In this document: positions 30,474-43,875 of the stretch, one piece after another
How positions within the stretch are numbered: position 1 is the stretch's first letter
Layout of the letters: each line of letters begins with the position of its first letter
Source: Balanoglossus misakiensis
Lineage: Eukaryota; Animalia; Hemichordata
Length of the DNA: 64,000 bases
Assembly: GCA_040954595.2 (NCBI GenBank)
Contig: CM082589.2
Coordinates: 5,160,213-5,224,212, forward strand
Direction of reading: 5' to 3'
The notes under the pieces: generated by a model
What the model was told of the DNA's origin: nothing
Seen by the model: only the letters and a program-made list of their open reading frames with translations
Database searches by the model: none
Program-made: the position numbers and the translations under genes

Positions 30474-33400
30474 TCAGTAAAATGTACCACCATAATAGGA
30501 CCCCTTTTCCGTGTTAGTACTGGGGAAGGGCGGCATCACTTTGTAAAACTCGTCAGCATCAAAGGCCATGTTTTCACCGCCACGAAATTCATCTGTATCG
30601 TACATGTAGGTCGCTAGGTCAATCTCGTCGGTGTATAGTCCGAGGTTTTTATACGGATGGTCGGGTCGTGAACACACTCGAGGGATTGCAACTCTCTCGT
30701 ATTCTCTGTTGTAGTCGAAGTCCACTCTGTTGACAGGCATAGTCTTCATGGGATCCCCATCTTCCTCGGCGAGTCCATGCTTTCGTTTCCTGTTTTCGCA
30801 AACAGCGAAATCGTGTGCAAAGAGGAAGGAACAATTCGATTATTTAAAATAGAAGCGAAATAATGCATGGTACCCAAAAGATTGACTTAAATACGAGACA
30901 TTCTCCATTTTACACTTATGCATTCCTGGTACAAGTTGAACCTAACCATGGTAGGCACGTTGTAGCGACTAACTATTGAACACGCCCCTACAATCTACAT
31001 TGACATTCAGTTACTTTGATATAATTCTTCACTTGTTAAGTCACAAATCTTAGTAAGAACCAAGTTAGAAATCTAAGAATAAAGCTGTAGATAACACATA
31101 TGCACGTGATACTTACCTTGTGTAATAGATGACAATGATGAGAATCAGTAGTAACAGAAATATTAAGAGGATTAGCAAGGATGTACCGACGACAAACCAA
31201 ACTGTTAACAAAAACAAAATATTCCCAGTTAGTTATATTGACATCTGTTTAATAGTGGTTTATAGTCTGACACGATGCTGTGTGCTGGGACGCATTTGCC
31301 TTGAAATGTCTTGTCACGACTTCTTTGCTATGTTCCACGGCTGACCCTAATTCAATGGTTATAGAGTTTATACTGTCGGTTGTTTGCGCCATAAAATAAT
31401 ACTTGGAGACATCTTCAAATTCTGAAGAATGATTATAAGCTCACACGTAATTTCAAACAATGGCAGTACTCTGAGTAACATCAATATTTCATCCATGATT
31501 TTTATGGAAATTTGGTACTGTACGTAAACGGTTGTGATAAATACTGCAGTGAAATATCATTAGCTAACGTGTCACCAATAACTAACCTGTTTCTACTGTT
31601 GGTTCTTTAGTTGTTTGCGATGAAACAGTTGGTATTGTTTTGGTTGTTTTCAAATCGATTGTCGATGCTCCTCCTGGAAGTACCGTCGTTGTTTCCTCTG
31701 GTGTGAGCCCCTGTGTAAAGTCTGTAGGTGTTATAGAAGGCAGAGTGGATCTTTTTGGTGTTGACTGTATTGGAGCTTGCTCCGTCGTGGTCTCAGGGAT
31801 TGCGGTTTTCCTAGAGTGAGTAAGGTGTTCCGTTGCCTGTGCTTGAGTGGTCTTTCCGAATGTCGTCGCAGGTGTACTCTGCTTGGTTGTGGACAAGTCT
31901 GTTGATGTTGGCTGCTCTGTCGTCAGGTCTGCGGTTGTCCGTTTGATGGTTGTCTGCCCTGTAGATGTCATTTCCTCTGTTTCTTCTTGTGTAGTTGTCA
32001 TCAATCCTGTGGTCTGGTTTGCGTGTGTTATTTCTGTTGTTTTCTGCACTGCGGTTGTCGTTCCTTTTGTCGTCTGATGTGAAGTAGTCAACTGTTTAGT
32101 ACTGGTCTCTGTAGTTGTCTGGTCTCCGATTGAAAATGGCGATGTCTCGCCAGTAGATGTCATCAGTTCTGTTGTGTGGACTGCACTCGACAAGCCTTCT
32201 GTTTTCATTTGTGTATGTGTCCGTTCACTTGTCAGGTCTATAGTCGTCAGCCTTTCTGGTAACTGGTGTGTAGTTGGCATTATGTCTCCTGTTGTATGCT
32301 GCGCTGTTGTTTGTAGTACTGAGTCTGATGTGGGGTCTCCAGTTGACATGTGCAGTGCCTCTGTTGTCAGATCTGGAGTACTCTCATCTTTTGGCGGGTC
32401 GGAAGTTGCCAGGGGTGTTGTTGAGTGGCGTGTCGAGTCTGCAGTTGTTCCCTGCTCTGTGGTCAGACCTATCGTTGTCAAATGTCCTGTTGTCTGGTCA
32501 CCCGGAGTTGAGAAATCTGTTGTCGTCATGCCTGTTGTTGTGAGCTGTTCTGTTGATAGGTGTGATGTCATCGCGAGTGTGGTTGTCTCCTCGGTGGTGC
32601 TCCTCTGCAGTCCTGTCGTCTGGTCTGTTGTTTTCACCTGCTCACTAGTTAACAGCTGCTCAGTTGTCACCTCCGTGGACGTCTGCTGATCTGTTTTCTC
32701 TATAGTGGAGATCCCCCGTGTAGTCATCTCTGTAGTTTTCAGCTCTTCTGTGGAACCAAGCCTCGTTGTCTCTATGGTTACTAAATCTGTCGGTGTCGCG
32801 AGGTCTGTGGTCTGGACACTAGATATCAGTTGTTCTGTCGTCGGTTCTGTGCTTGTAACTTGTTCTGTCGTCGCACGAGTGCTTTCGTTTTCAGTTGTCG
32901 GTTCCGAAGACGAAAAATCTGTCGTCTGGTCCGTAGACGCCAGAAATTCTGTTGTCTCTAGTGTGGTTAGAGTCTGTACTGTCGTCACCGCTATATCATT
33001 CCATTCACTTGTGAGGTCTGAGGTTGTAAACTCTTTGGATGTGTGGTGCGTATTTGACAGTTGTGCTGTTGTGTACTCTTCAGTTGTTTGGGGTGCTGAT
33101 GTGAGGTCCTTTGTAGTCCCCTCTGTCGTCATGTCAACTGTTGTTTGTTGTTGTGTTGACTGGTGTGTTTGTGCTTCTGTTGTTAACAGGTCGGCAGGTG
33201 TTGTTTGTTCTTCTGTCTGTTCTGTAGATGCCAGCAATGTTGATATTAGGTCCGTACTTGAAAACTCCTCACTTGTCAGGTCCGTTGTTGTAAACGTTTC
33301 TGTTGCCTGGTGTGTAGTTGACATTATGTCTCCTGTTGTCTGTTCTGTAGTTGTCTGTTGTTCTGTCGTCTGCTCACTAGTTGACAGAAACGCTAGTGCT

Positions 33401-36400
33401 TCTGTTGATAATTCTGCAGAAGTCGTTTCTGTTGTCATGTCTGTAGTTCCTAGAAGCTCTGTGGACTGGTGCGTAGTTGCCAACTCTGTAGATATTCTTA
33501 AACGTTCTTCTGTGGTGCGTCCTGTATGCGTCGGTTGTACTGTCGACTCGTCTGGTGTGGTCCATTGGGTTGTTGTGTCCTCAAAAGTAGTGCGCTCTGT
33601 ATTCTCGGCTTCAGTTGGAAATTCCGCTGTGGGGTCTGTAGATAGCATTGGTTCTGTTGTCTGTTCAGTAGATGACAGCCCCTCATTTGTAACACCTGGA
33701 GTTGTCGAGTCTTTGCTTGTCATCTGTTCTGTGGAAAGGTGTACTGTAGTCATTTGTGTGGTTGTATGCTCTGTAGTAATCTGCATTTCTGTTGTCTGTT
33801 CTGGAGTTGTCAGCTCTTCTGACGACTGAGGTCGTGTTGTCTGTTGTTCAGTTGTCGGGTGTGAAGTTGTCGACGCGTCTCTCTGGTCAGTGGTCACTGG
33901 GTCATCTGGGATTTGGTTGGTTGTCGTCATCTGTTCTGTAATAAAATAAGTATTGGTTGATTGTTCAGAGGGTGTGACTTGGTGCGTTGTATGGTCTAAT
34001 GTCGTTTTTGATGTTGTGTGATATGCTGTTCTGTTGCTGGTTTGCCATTGTCAGTCTACTGTTTTCGTTGCCAGTAGTTCTGTTTTCCAGTTTTCGAAAG
34101 TGGACAAAGTCTGTCATATTGTCTACAGGTGCAACTTCTATTGTCCACTTTGCAGTTGTAAGTTTCTTTGTTTTCGTGTGTGAAGTTGTCGGGTCTGTCA
34201 ATTCTGCTGTTGTTGTCACGTGGTTTGCTGTGTATCAAGTGGTTGTCGGCACTGTATTTGAATTTGTTGCTGTAGTTTGCTTTTGTTTTGTCAATTTTCT
34301 AATTTAAAGGAATACATTGTTGGTATCACTGTAGTACCTGCTTGCGTTGTTTGTGCAGGCGTTGTTTCCATTGTTGTTTGTACTGGTGACGTCTGTCGCA
34401 TTGTGTTAGGTGATGTATTGGTGCCTTGAGTTGTTGTTGCTGCCGTTGTTCTTGTTGTTGTTGTTGTTTTTGTTGTTGCTGTTGTTGATGCTGCTGGTGT
34501 TGTTGTTACATCAACGGTACCTGAAAATGAAAATAATATTATGCATCATAGTGAAAAAGACATTTTAACATTTTAGATTGTTTTTAAACGTCGTCAAATG
34601 CGGAACTCAAAAAGCATGAAAGTGGTATGTAGCGTGCAACTCGCCTCCTCTACAAATTTTGCCTATTTAATCTCCCTATTCTGGCTATGTATCTGTCTCG
34701 GCCAACGAGAGAATTTCTGGAAATATAAGTGATCATTTTACTTCATTAACATGACATATTTAGAATACCATGATGCACTACCGTGGAAAGAAAATTCAAA
34801 TTAAATACTCACCAAATTCACAAATGAAATTTGTCTCTGTCCTGTAATCCTCGTCATACCACGCCCAGTCTGAGGACGACCCTGTTCTCCTTAACACCAT
34901 GTTGATATGTTTTGAGCTATCGCGATTGGGTTCGCCACTGTACCAATGTTTGTATATAATTTTATCTTCGGCATACCTATCTGAATCAATTGACAAGATT
35001 GTATCTCAACTTTTTTTTCATTTAAGTCGAATAACACCAAAATTATTTTTCATACTTTTCCATAAAGTAAAACAAATGATTCAGAAAGATGTATGATAAC
35101 GTATCATTACGTTCAATGTTTTAAATCGATTAATACTTAACCCGGTGATAGAACATTCTAGGCTCAGAGAAATACACTGTTCTCATTATTTATACATGGT
35201 ATAAGTGTTCTTTACTTCGTACTTCATTTCAAGTGACTCCGAATTTATCAGAACAAAGACTTTGGAAATATAGACATTAACATCTCAATTAAGACTTTTC
35301 TTAACTTTCTTTGAATGTACTGTGCTGTGTAAAAGACTGGTGTCTTGCGTCTCATAAATCGTGAGTGTTAAAAGTTGTCCAGACAAAAATCTTCAGTCAT
35401 GACTACCTGTAATCCACACCCAGTTTTCAGGATCGACACACAACGAGGTAGAAGATGAATAGTCACACTGTCCACCTGTCCAGAATTCTTCAGTGTTATT
35501 ATATCCTTGTGAGTTGATATAACCAGTGACGTTGAGTTCCTCAGACTCCGAATCTAACCGGAGCAGCTGACCCCCACGGTACAGGCACCACTCAAAAGCT
35601 TCGTACCACTTCTGTACAAAACTTCCTTCTGCTTGGAACCAATAACACCCATCTCCCAATTTTACAGTGCGGGCAAGGTTACCAGTCTCGTCCGTTATCG
35701 TCGGACATCCTATAGCAGCGATATTCTCTCCTGTTTCCAGTGGTGAAAATGAAGAATGTTTTCATCTTTTAGACCAGTTAGGTAACAGTAACAATGTTGT
35801 CGTTGCCAATCTGTTATCTAAAATATAGTAATTTTTCAACCCGTTACACTGCCTGCCACGGAACAAACAAAGCACTGTAACTGCCGTGTTCTGATATATC
35901 TATTTTATTGCGTCATTACACATTTAGTGTTCGGCAGAAATTGACTCGAAAAATCGATTTTTTTTATTTTAAAACCGCCCCAAAATTGCAGTGGTGTTTT
36001 CTTGTTATTTTCATTCAAGGGAAAATCAACTAAAAGTCTACACAATCTGAAATTCAGTATAATTTACAGCATATACGCATTGGCTTTACTCTCGGCTTGG
36101 TCCAGATCTGACCAACTATTTCCCCTTTCACATATATCCGCGGGTGGTGATGCTGTTTTTACTCATGCCTGAATTTATTTTGGCAAATAATCCCTTTCTT
36201 GAGATTTTCTTCATACAAAGTATTGGACTCTGAACTCCGGTATCGAGAGAAAACCTTATGGTGATACAACTACTTCCCTTAGCCAATCACAGATCAGAGT
36301 TCTCTTAGCCGTATCATATTACACCGGATTACCTCCACCAAAGTCCATGGCATATTGTTCGGATCTAATCACAATCGTCTCTAATCAAAATTATTGGCAT

Positions 36401-37327
36401 CACTACGATAGCTAGTCAACCTACTCACTTGAGCATTTATAACTTAACATCTGTAAAATTATTTTAAATAACTAAATTCTATTTTCATTGTCATTGTAAT
36501 CTCACGTTGACTGAATTACAGTTGGAAAATGCAATCGACGAAGTATTTTACCCATCGATGTTTATATACAGTTAATGGAACATTGTCTTTTTGAATACCT
36601 ATTATAGCTTGATATCGTCCTGTTAAGAGGTATGCATTTTTGGTTTCATTTATTTTAGCGTCATTACTTGGCCGCCCGAGACCGGCAAGTAACTTTCGAA
36701 TGCTCAGTAATTATCCAATAAACAAGTTTGAGTATCACCTAGGATTCGTTATAAAACGTCACCAGAAATTATAGCATCATGTCGATGTAGTTAAATATAC
36801 CGTTCGCTAGAATAGCTTATGGTGTAGAAATGAGGAATCGTGATCCTGAACCACTCTTCCGTAACATTTTCTAGAACGCCGGCACGAGTCAGCGGTCAGA
36901 CTCGTTCATTTTACCCGCACGCCACAGCGATAAACGTCCGAAGCCGAGTTTAGATGGTCACGCTGAATTTTTGGACAGTATAAAATATGTGTAGGGGTAC
37001 ACGAATTTGGGATATTTAAACACACGCGTTACAAAACTTGTGAAAATACCTGCAATACTGCAGTTATCGATTATACAATGACTATATATATACCTGATGT
37101 TTGCTGATGCAACGTCCTTGCAGACGACTTCCACGGGTTCTGTAAACAAACGCGGAACACGGATGTTCCGTGTACAAAGTCGGATGTTATGATACGAACA
37201 ACCGTCTTCAGTTAGTTGATAGTTTCTTACCTTGAACGTGTGTCACAGAATGACACGCCACCATCACAATCACCACCAAGTGAAGCGACGGGCCGCCATC
37301 TGCCGCTGTTGAGTGTGCCCAGCTCAT
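30474..37327 (-). CDS. Gene B: C-type lectin / long mucin stalk / TM receptor with a Tyr-rich tail, about 1173 aa
   Basis: Exons 37327-37231 (signal), 35730-35407 and 34980-34813 (CTLD with GEPN/WYD), 34520-34338 and 33935-31587 (Thr-rich stalk), 31201-31117 (TM VWFVVGTSLLILLIFLLLLILIIVIYY), 30789-30474 (tail RKRK...SYYGGTFY). The 34338 donor is inferred. Confidence 0.82.
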
Positions 37328-37871
37328 GACTGAATGCACGGGGTTTTTACATTACTGTATATAGATTAACAAGAAGCGCAGGCTTTTTGGTATCAGGGTT
37401 AATCAAGTCAAGGATTGATTTCAACGAAGACGCAAACAGTGCATGATACCAAGCGGCCCTGATAAGCTGATCAGGCGTGACACAATTTCAGTGACCCCAA
37501 AATAAGACCCCAGACCAGCAAGTACAATTTCAGGGTGAGGTTCATTAGTCTGTGCGTATGTTAATGCTTTGGAATGTGGTTTTCAAATAAAAAATGATGT
37601 TGCATTCGTGAATAAATCGATTCTAATCAATTTCGCCCCGAGTAAGTTACCCATTTTAGTTGAAGTGGGTTGTATCTGTATTGCAAGGGCGTTTCACAAG
37701 AGGGCGCTATGAGTGTATGACTCTAGCTGCAGAATGGATAAACCGTTAGAACCCATATTAACACAGTCGGACACAGAGACTTGCATTGAAAGCACTTATA
37801 TTATCTTTAATTTATACATAACTATACCTGGGTAAAATAGCGTGTCTGAGTACTGGAGTTCTTAATACAAT

Positions 37872-40800
37872 TCAGTAAAAAGATCCACGATTATAGTAAG
37901 AGGCATTTACTGCGTAATTGCGAGAGGAGACATTGGCAGGCACTTTGTAGATCTCGTCAGTATCTGACGTCATGGTTTCACTGCCACGAAATTCATCGGC
38001 ATCGTACATGAACGTCGCCAGGTCGAGATCCTCGTTGCGCAGTTCCAGGTGTTTGTATGGATGGTCGGGATGTGAATACACTCGCGGTATTACAACTGTC
38101 TCGTTTTCTCTGTTGGCTGTCCCGGTCTTCATCGTATCTACATCTTCTTCGCCAGTTTCGGGTTTTCGTTTCCTGTTGTCAGAAACAGAAAAATGTAAAC
38201 TTTTTTACCAACTGATGAAAACAGTCGTACATTATTTGTAGGTTGTGTCCATCCTTACAATCTATACTCAGCTGGAAGGCTGGAAATCTACTATTCTATA
38301 TTATTGGGGCTATGTTTGCCATTTCAGATTGCCTACCCGATTGCTTGTAGTAGAATTTCGGTACCGATCCAAAGGGATAGGCTAAGTCTGTTCGTTCAAA
38401 TTCTGAGCATTCTGGAAGCAATTTCTAGACATTTTTGAAGTTTTGGTTGTAAATATCACAGCATATCAGCTGCTAGGTTGCTTGTTACATATTCTGCTCA
38501 TTTATGTCGGGCACGTCTTCCTTGAATGATGGCAACCATATTAGAAAACTGAGAATAGAATTGAGTGTTAAATTACATAAATGCACATGGTACCAATGTA
38601 CTCACCTTGATAACCAGATGGCTATGATTAAAATCAAGAGCAGCAGGAGAATGAAGAAGATGGTCAAAAACGTCCCCACAATAATCCAAACTGTTAAAAC
38701 AAAGATAGTGATTACTGTTAATGGGTACAATCATTTTATGCTAGCATATAATGCAATCTCATCCGAACCATGTACAATTTCCAAGTGAAGTACCATCAGT
38801 CATAGCATATTGATTATCAATAACATACCTGTTTCTACTGATGGTTCCTCTGTTGTTCTCGACAGAACTGTTGATATTGACTTAGTTGTATTAGATTCCA
38901 ATGTTGATCGTTCTCCATTACCATCTGTTGTTGTCACGTGGTCTGTCGGTTGATCCGAAGTGCGTTGTTCTTCTGTTGTCTGCACTACAGTTGATGGTTG
39001 CTCTGTCGAATATGTCTTTGTTGTGGGTTCGTGTGTTACCACGTCTGTACTTGACAGCTGTTGTGTTGTCGGTTGGACAGTGGTCACGTCTGTCATCTGG
39101 TTTGTTGTTGGTGTGTCTTTTGTGCTCTGTTGAGCCACTGTTGTCATTGTTTCTGTAGTATATGAGCGTTTTACTGTTGAGCCCGCAGCCGATGTGTATT
39201 CTGTTGTGAAGTGTCCTGTAGATGGCACTTCTTTGCTTGTCTGGTCTGATGACGTCATCATATGTGTTGTCTGTATGTCTGTTGAAAATTCTGTTGTCAT
39301 GTACATGTATTTAGTTGTCATTCTGCTCGTCTGGTTTTCAGTAGACAGAACTGTGGTCCCTTTTGTAGATGTCGCTTCTTCGCTTGTCTGCTCTGTTGAT
39401 GTCTGCATTTCTGTTGTCTGTATTTCTGTTGAAAATTCTGTTGTCATGTCTGCAGTTGTCATTCTGCTCGTCTGGTCTTCAGTAGACAGAAGTGTGGTCC
39501 CTTCTGTAGATGTCGCTTCTTCGCTTGTCTGCTCTGTTGATGTCTGCATTTCTGTTGTCTGTATTTCTGTTGAAAATTCTGTTGTCATGTCTGCAGTTGT
39601 CATTCTGCTCGTCTGGTCTTCAGTAGACAGAAGTGTGGTCCCTTCTGTAGATGTCGGTTCTTTGCTTGTCACTTCTGTTGATGTCTGCATTTCTGTTGTC
39701 CGTATGTCTGTTGAAAATTCTGTTGTCATGTCTGCAGTTGTCATTCTGCTCGTCTGGTCTTCAGTAGACAGAAGTGTTGTCCCTTCTGTAGATGTTGGTT
39801 CTTCGCTTGTCACTTCTGTTGATGTCAGTATGTCTGTTGTCTGTGCGTCTGTTGAAAATTCTGTCGTCATGTCAGCAGTTGTCATTCTGCTCGTCTGGTC
39901 TTCAGTAGACAGAAATGTGGTCCCTTCTGTAGATGTCGGTTCTTCGCTTGTCAGCTCTGTTGATGTCTGCATTTCTGTTGTCTGTATGTCTGTTGAAAAT
40001 TCTGTTGTCATGTCAGCAGTTGTCATTCTGCTCGTCTGGTCTTCAGTAGACAGAAGTGTGGTCCCTTCTGTAGATGTCGCTTCTTCGCTTGTCAGCTCTG
40101 TTGATGTCTGCATTTTTGTTGTCTGTGCGTCTGTTGAAAATGTTGTCGTCATGTCAGCAGTTGTCATTCTGCTCGTCTGGTCTTCAGTAGACAGAAGTGT
40201 GGACCCTTCTGTAGATGTCATTTCTTCGCTTGTCTGCTCTGTTGATGTCTGCATTTCTGTTGTCTGTATGTCTGTTGAAAATTCTGTTGTCATGTCTACA
40301 GTTGTCATTCTGCTCGTCTGGTCTTCAGTAGACAGAAGTGTGGTCCCTTCTGTAGATGTCGGTTCTTCGCTTGTCTGCTCTGTTGATGTCTGCATTTCTG
40401 ATGTCTGTATGTCTGTTGAAAATTCTGTCGTCATGTCTACAGTTGTCATTCTGCTCGTCTGGTCTTCGGTAGACAGAAGTGTGGTCCCTTCTGTAGATGT
40501 CGCTTCTTTGCTTGTCTGCTCTGTTGATGTCTGCATTTCTGTTGTCTGTGCGTCTGTTGAAAATGTTGTCGTCATGTCAGCAGTTGTCATTCTGCTCGTC
40601 TGGTCTTCAGTAGACAGAAGTGTGGTCCCTTCTGTAGATGTCGCTTCTTTGCTTGTCTGCTCTGTTGATGTCTGCATTTCTGTTGTCTGTGCGTCTGTTG
40701 AAAATGTTGTCGTCATGTCAGCAGTTGTCATTCTGCTCGTCTGGTCTTCAGTAGACAGAAGTGTGGTCCCTTCTGTAGATGTCGCTTCTTCGCTTGTCAG

Positions 40801-43800
40801 CTCTGTTGATGTCAACATTTCTGTTGTCTGTATGTCTGTTGAAAATTCTGTCGTCATGTCTACAGTTGTCATTCTGCTCGTCTGGTCTTCAGTAGACAGA
40901 AGTGTGGTCCCTTCTGTAGATGTCGCTTCTTCGCTTGTCAGCTCTGTTGATGTCAACATTTCTGTTGTCTGTATGTCTGTTGAAAATTCTGTCGTCATGT
41001 CTACAGTTGTCATTCTGCTCGTCTGGTCTTCAGTAGACAGAAGTGTGGTCCCTTCTGTAGATGTCGGTTCTTCGCTTGTCTGCTCTGTTGATGTCTGCAT
41101 TTCTGTTGTCTGTATGTCTGTTGAAAAGTCCGTTGTCATGTCTGTAGTTGTCATTCTGCTCGTCTGGTCTTCAGTAGACAGAAGTGTGGTCCCTTCTGTA
41201 GATGTCGCTTCTTCGCTTGTCAGCTCTGTTGATGTCAACATTTCTGTTGTCTGTATGTCTGTTGAAAATTTTGTCGTCATGTCTACAGTTGTCATTCTGC
41301 TCGTCTGGTCTTCAGTTGTACTGAATTGTTCAGTTGTCGGGCCTCGTGTTGTCCAGTCACTTGTCATCAGTTCGTCTGTCACCTGACCGTTTGTTGTGAA
41401 CGCTTCTGTAGTTTTCTGTTGGTCTGTTGTATGTTCTGTGAATATGAATATATTTGGCGTTATTATGCTTGTAGATAGAAGTTATCCTTTTGCAGTTGTT
41501 ATAGTTGGTCAGTTTCCTTAGTTGTCAGTTGATATGTGGTAAGAATGTTTCATATCATATACATTGATATTATGTCTTTAGTTTTTGTGTGGTCTTTGGT
41601 TAACTGTTAAAATTATGTCGTCTGTGATGCACTAGTAACCAGCAGTGGCTTTGTCGTATTGTCTCTTTAAAAACTTTCTGTTCTGTTGTCATGTGGATAT
41701 ATTTGCCACCAGCCGCCTTGTATAGACATGTTGAAGATCGTTCTGTCAGAATCAGTGGTTCTATAGTCGTCTCTGTAGCTGTCGGTATTTTATTCAAGAG
41801 TTCTGTTACATTACCAATAGTTGAAACTTCTGTTATCTTGTTTGTGGGTGTCATTTCTGACGTTTCCTGTTGTAATGTTGTCTGTTCTGTCGTCTCTATT
41901 GTTGTAGTGGCTTGATTTGTAGTATCTTGAATGGTTGTTGGGATTTCTGTTGTCTGTCTCGTAGTTATTGATCCTTGAGTTGTTAATTGTCCCGTTGTAA
42001 ATAGTGTTGTCAGTGCCGTAGTCTTTTGCGTTGTCTGTGCTGTTGTTGTGGGCAGTGTAGTAGTTATGATAGATGTTGTGACTTCTGCGAGATCTGAAAT
42101 ATGAATATAAAACATAATTCAATAAAGTCACTTTTTTTCCTTTTCCTTCGATTCCAATAGAATAATATGACAAGGTTTCTTGCTTTAAATTTGGCAAGCA
42201 AATTACCTACCGAATTCACAGATAAAGTTCGTCTTTGCGTCATACATTTCGTCATACCATCCCCAGTAAGACAGGAACCCAGTCCGCCTCAAGACCATGT
42301 TGATGTTCTTATCTGATGTACTGCTAGGATTAGGCTCGTTTGTATCCCAGTTGGTGTAAGACATGGTCTCACCAGTCGACCCACCATCTAGATAAATATA
42401 TAATGTGTCAATTGCTTTTCGATTTAAATTCGGATTGAAAATTGTTATATTTGTACAAGTCCATATGATACCATTTCATAAGATAGGAAAACACGAATTG
42501 ATAAGGCATCATTGTGGTCGGCACTTGAAAGCTACTAAGGACGATGAGAGTTTACATATTCCATCCAACACTACATTATTCATTCTTATCGAGAAAGTGC
42601 ATTATTCATTTGTGATATTCATATATTCAATATTCTCTGTATGTAAATGCGTCATTTCACGTACACTTGTGATAGCAAATGGCTGTTCATGACATGATGG
42701 ATAAGAAGAAAACACTTTACAAAGAGATAGACAATGTAGATGGTATATGCTTTCTCGAGTTGTAATATCTATGGTGGTAGGCTCCCTACATTTTTCATAG
42801 ATTTTGCATATGGTATCAACCATCAGAGGAAACACAAACTAGGTTTTTACCTGCAAACCACAGCCAGTCGGTAGGGTTATCACATTGGCCACCCCATACA
42901 CCATTTGGGTTTCGGCATTTTCCACTTGTCCAGAATTCTTCCGTGTCTTTGTACGCCTGAGCGTTGATGTAGTTGATGACGTTGGTTTCTTCGACTGATG
43001 TCTCAAACTTGACTAGATTCCCACTACGTGACTTGCACCAGTCAATAGCCTCTTGCCAATATTTGAGTTCACTTCGTTCAGCTTGAAACCAATAACACTT
43101 ATCACCTACTGGCACAGTGCGGGCTGGTTGATCGGCAATGTCCAGTATTGTCGGACATCCCACAGCAGCGGAATCGGCTCCTGTTTCCAGAACAAACAAC
43201 AAACAAACAAACGTCCGTTTTTGTTAACCAAATTGATTTCCATCAACATACAAGTATTAGACGACTGCCGAAGGCGTACTAAAGATAAGTTTTTTTTATT
43301 TATGTAGTTTTTGCAGGGGTTTCTTTTAAGGGGATTTTACTGACAATGCAAAGGCAATAAACAAAATTAGCAACATGGCAATCAACATGATAACTGCATA
43401 TGCACACACCACTTTCTGGTCAAATCGATCTGATACTGCTTCATACCGTGGCCCAATCCTGCATATTCTCCGCGTTCAGTGATTTCTCTCTATGTGACTA
43501 CGTGAACACGAGAGGGTTAAAATGAAGGACATTTTAGAATGGATTGAGATACGTAGCGATTTCTTATTGTGATAAAAATCGCTTTCCCTGCAGTACAGCT
43601 GTACTTGTCACATAGTTATGACATGCAACTGCGACAACTCGTTCGTGCATTATTTGGTACGACCTGCCTTTTTAGTTATTTTCAGAGAGGTCGGCACATA
43701 TACAGTTATGTGTCGTTGTTCGAGTAGTGACGATACGATGGGTGTGTTGTGGCGATGAAGAAATTAGGAAGTTCTTACCTTGAGTGTGTACAACAGAATT

Positions 43801-43875
43801 ACACATCACCATCACGGACACCACAAACACAAAGTGGATGTCGCGGTGAAGTTGCTCGCCAAAATTCGCTGCCAT
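37872..43875 (-). CDS. Gene C: paralog of B; C-type lectin / tandem-repeat mucin / TM receptor, about 1291 aa
   Basis: Exons 43875-43779 (signal), 43180-42851 and 42387-42211 (CTLD with NEPN/WYD), 42093-41815 and 41435-38829 (stalk), 38690-38606 (TM), 38172-37872 (tail clearly homologous to B). The 41815 donor is inferred. Confidence 0.82.
39230..41320 (-). repeat. Coding minisatellite, 141-bp (47-aa) unit, about 14-15 copies, in the gene C stalk
   Basis: Unit STEDQTSRMTTxDMTTEFSTDIQTTEMxTSTExTSEExTSTEGTTLL; cagtagacagaagtg recurs at 141-nt spacing (e.g. 39480 and 39621). Confidence 0.93.
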
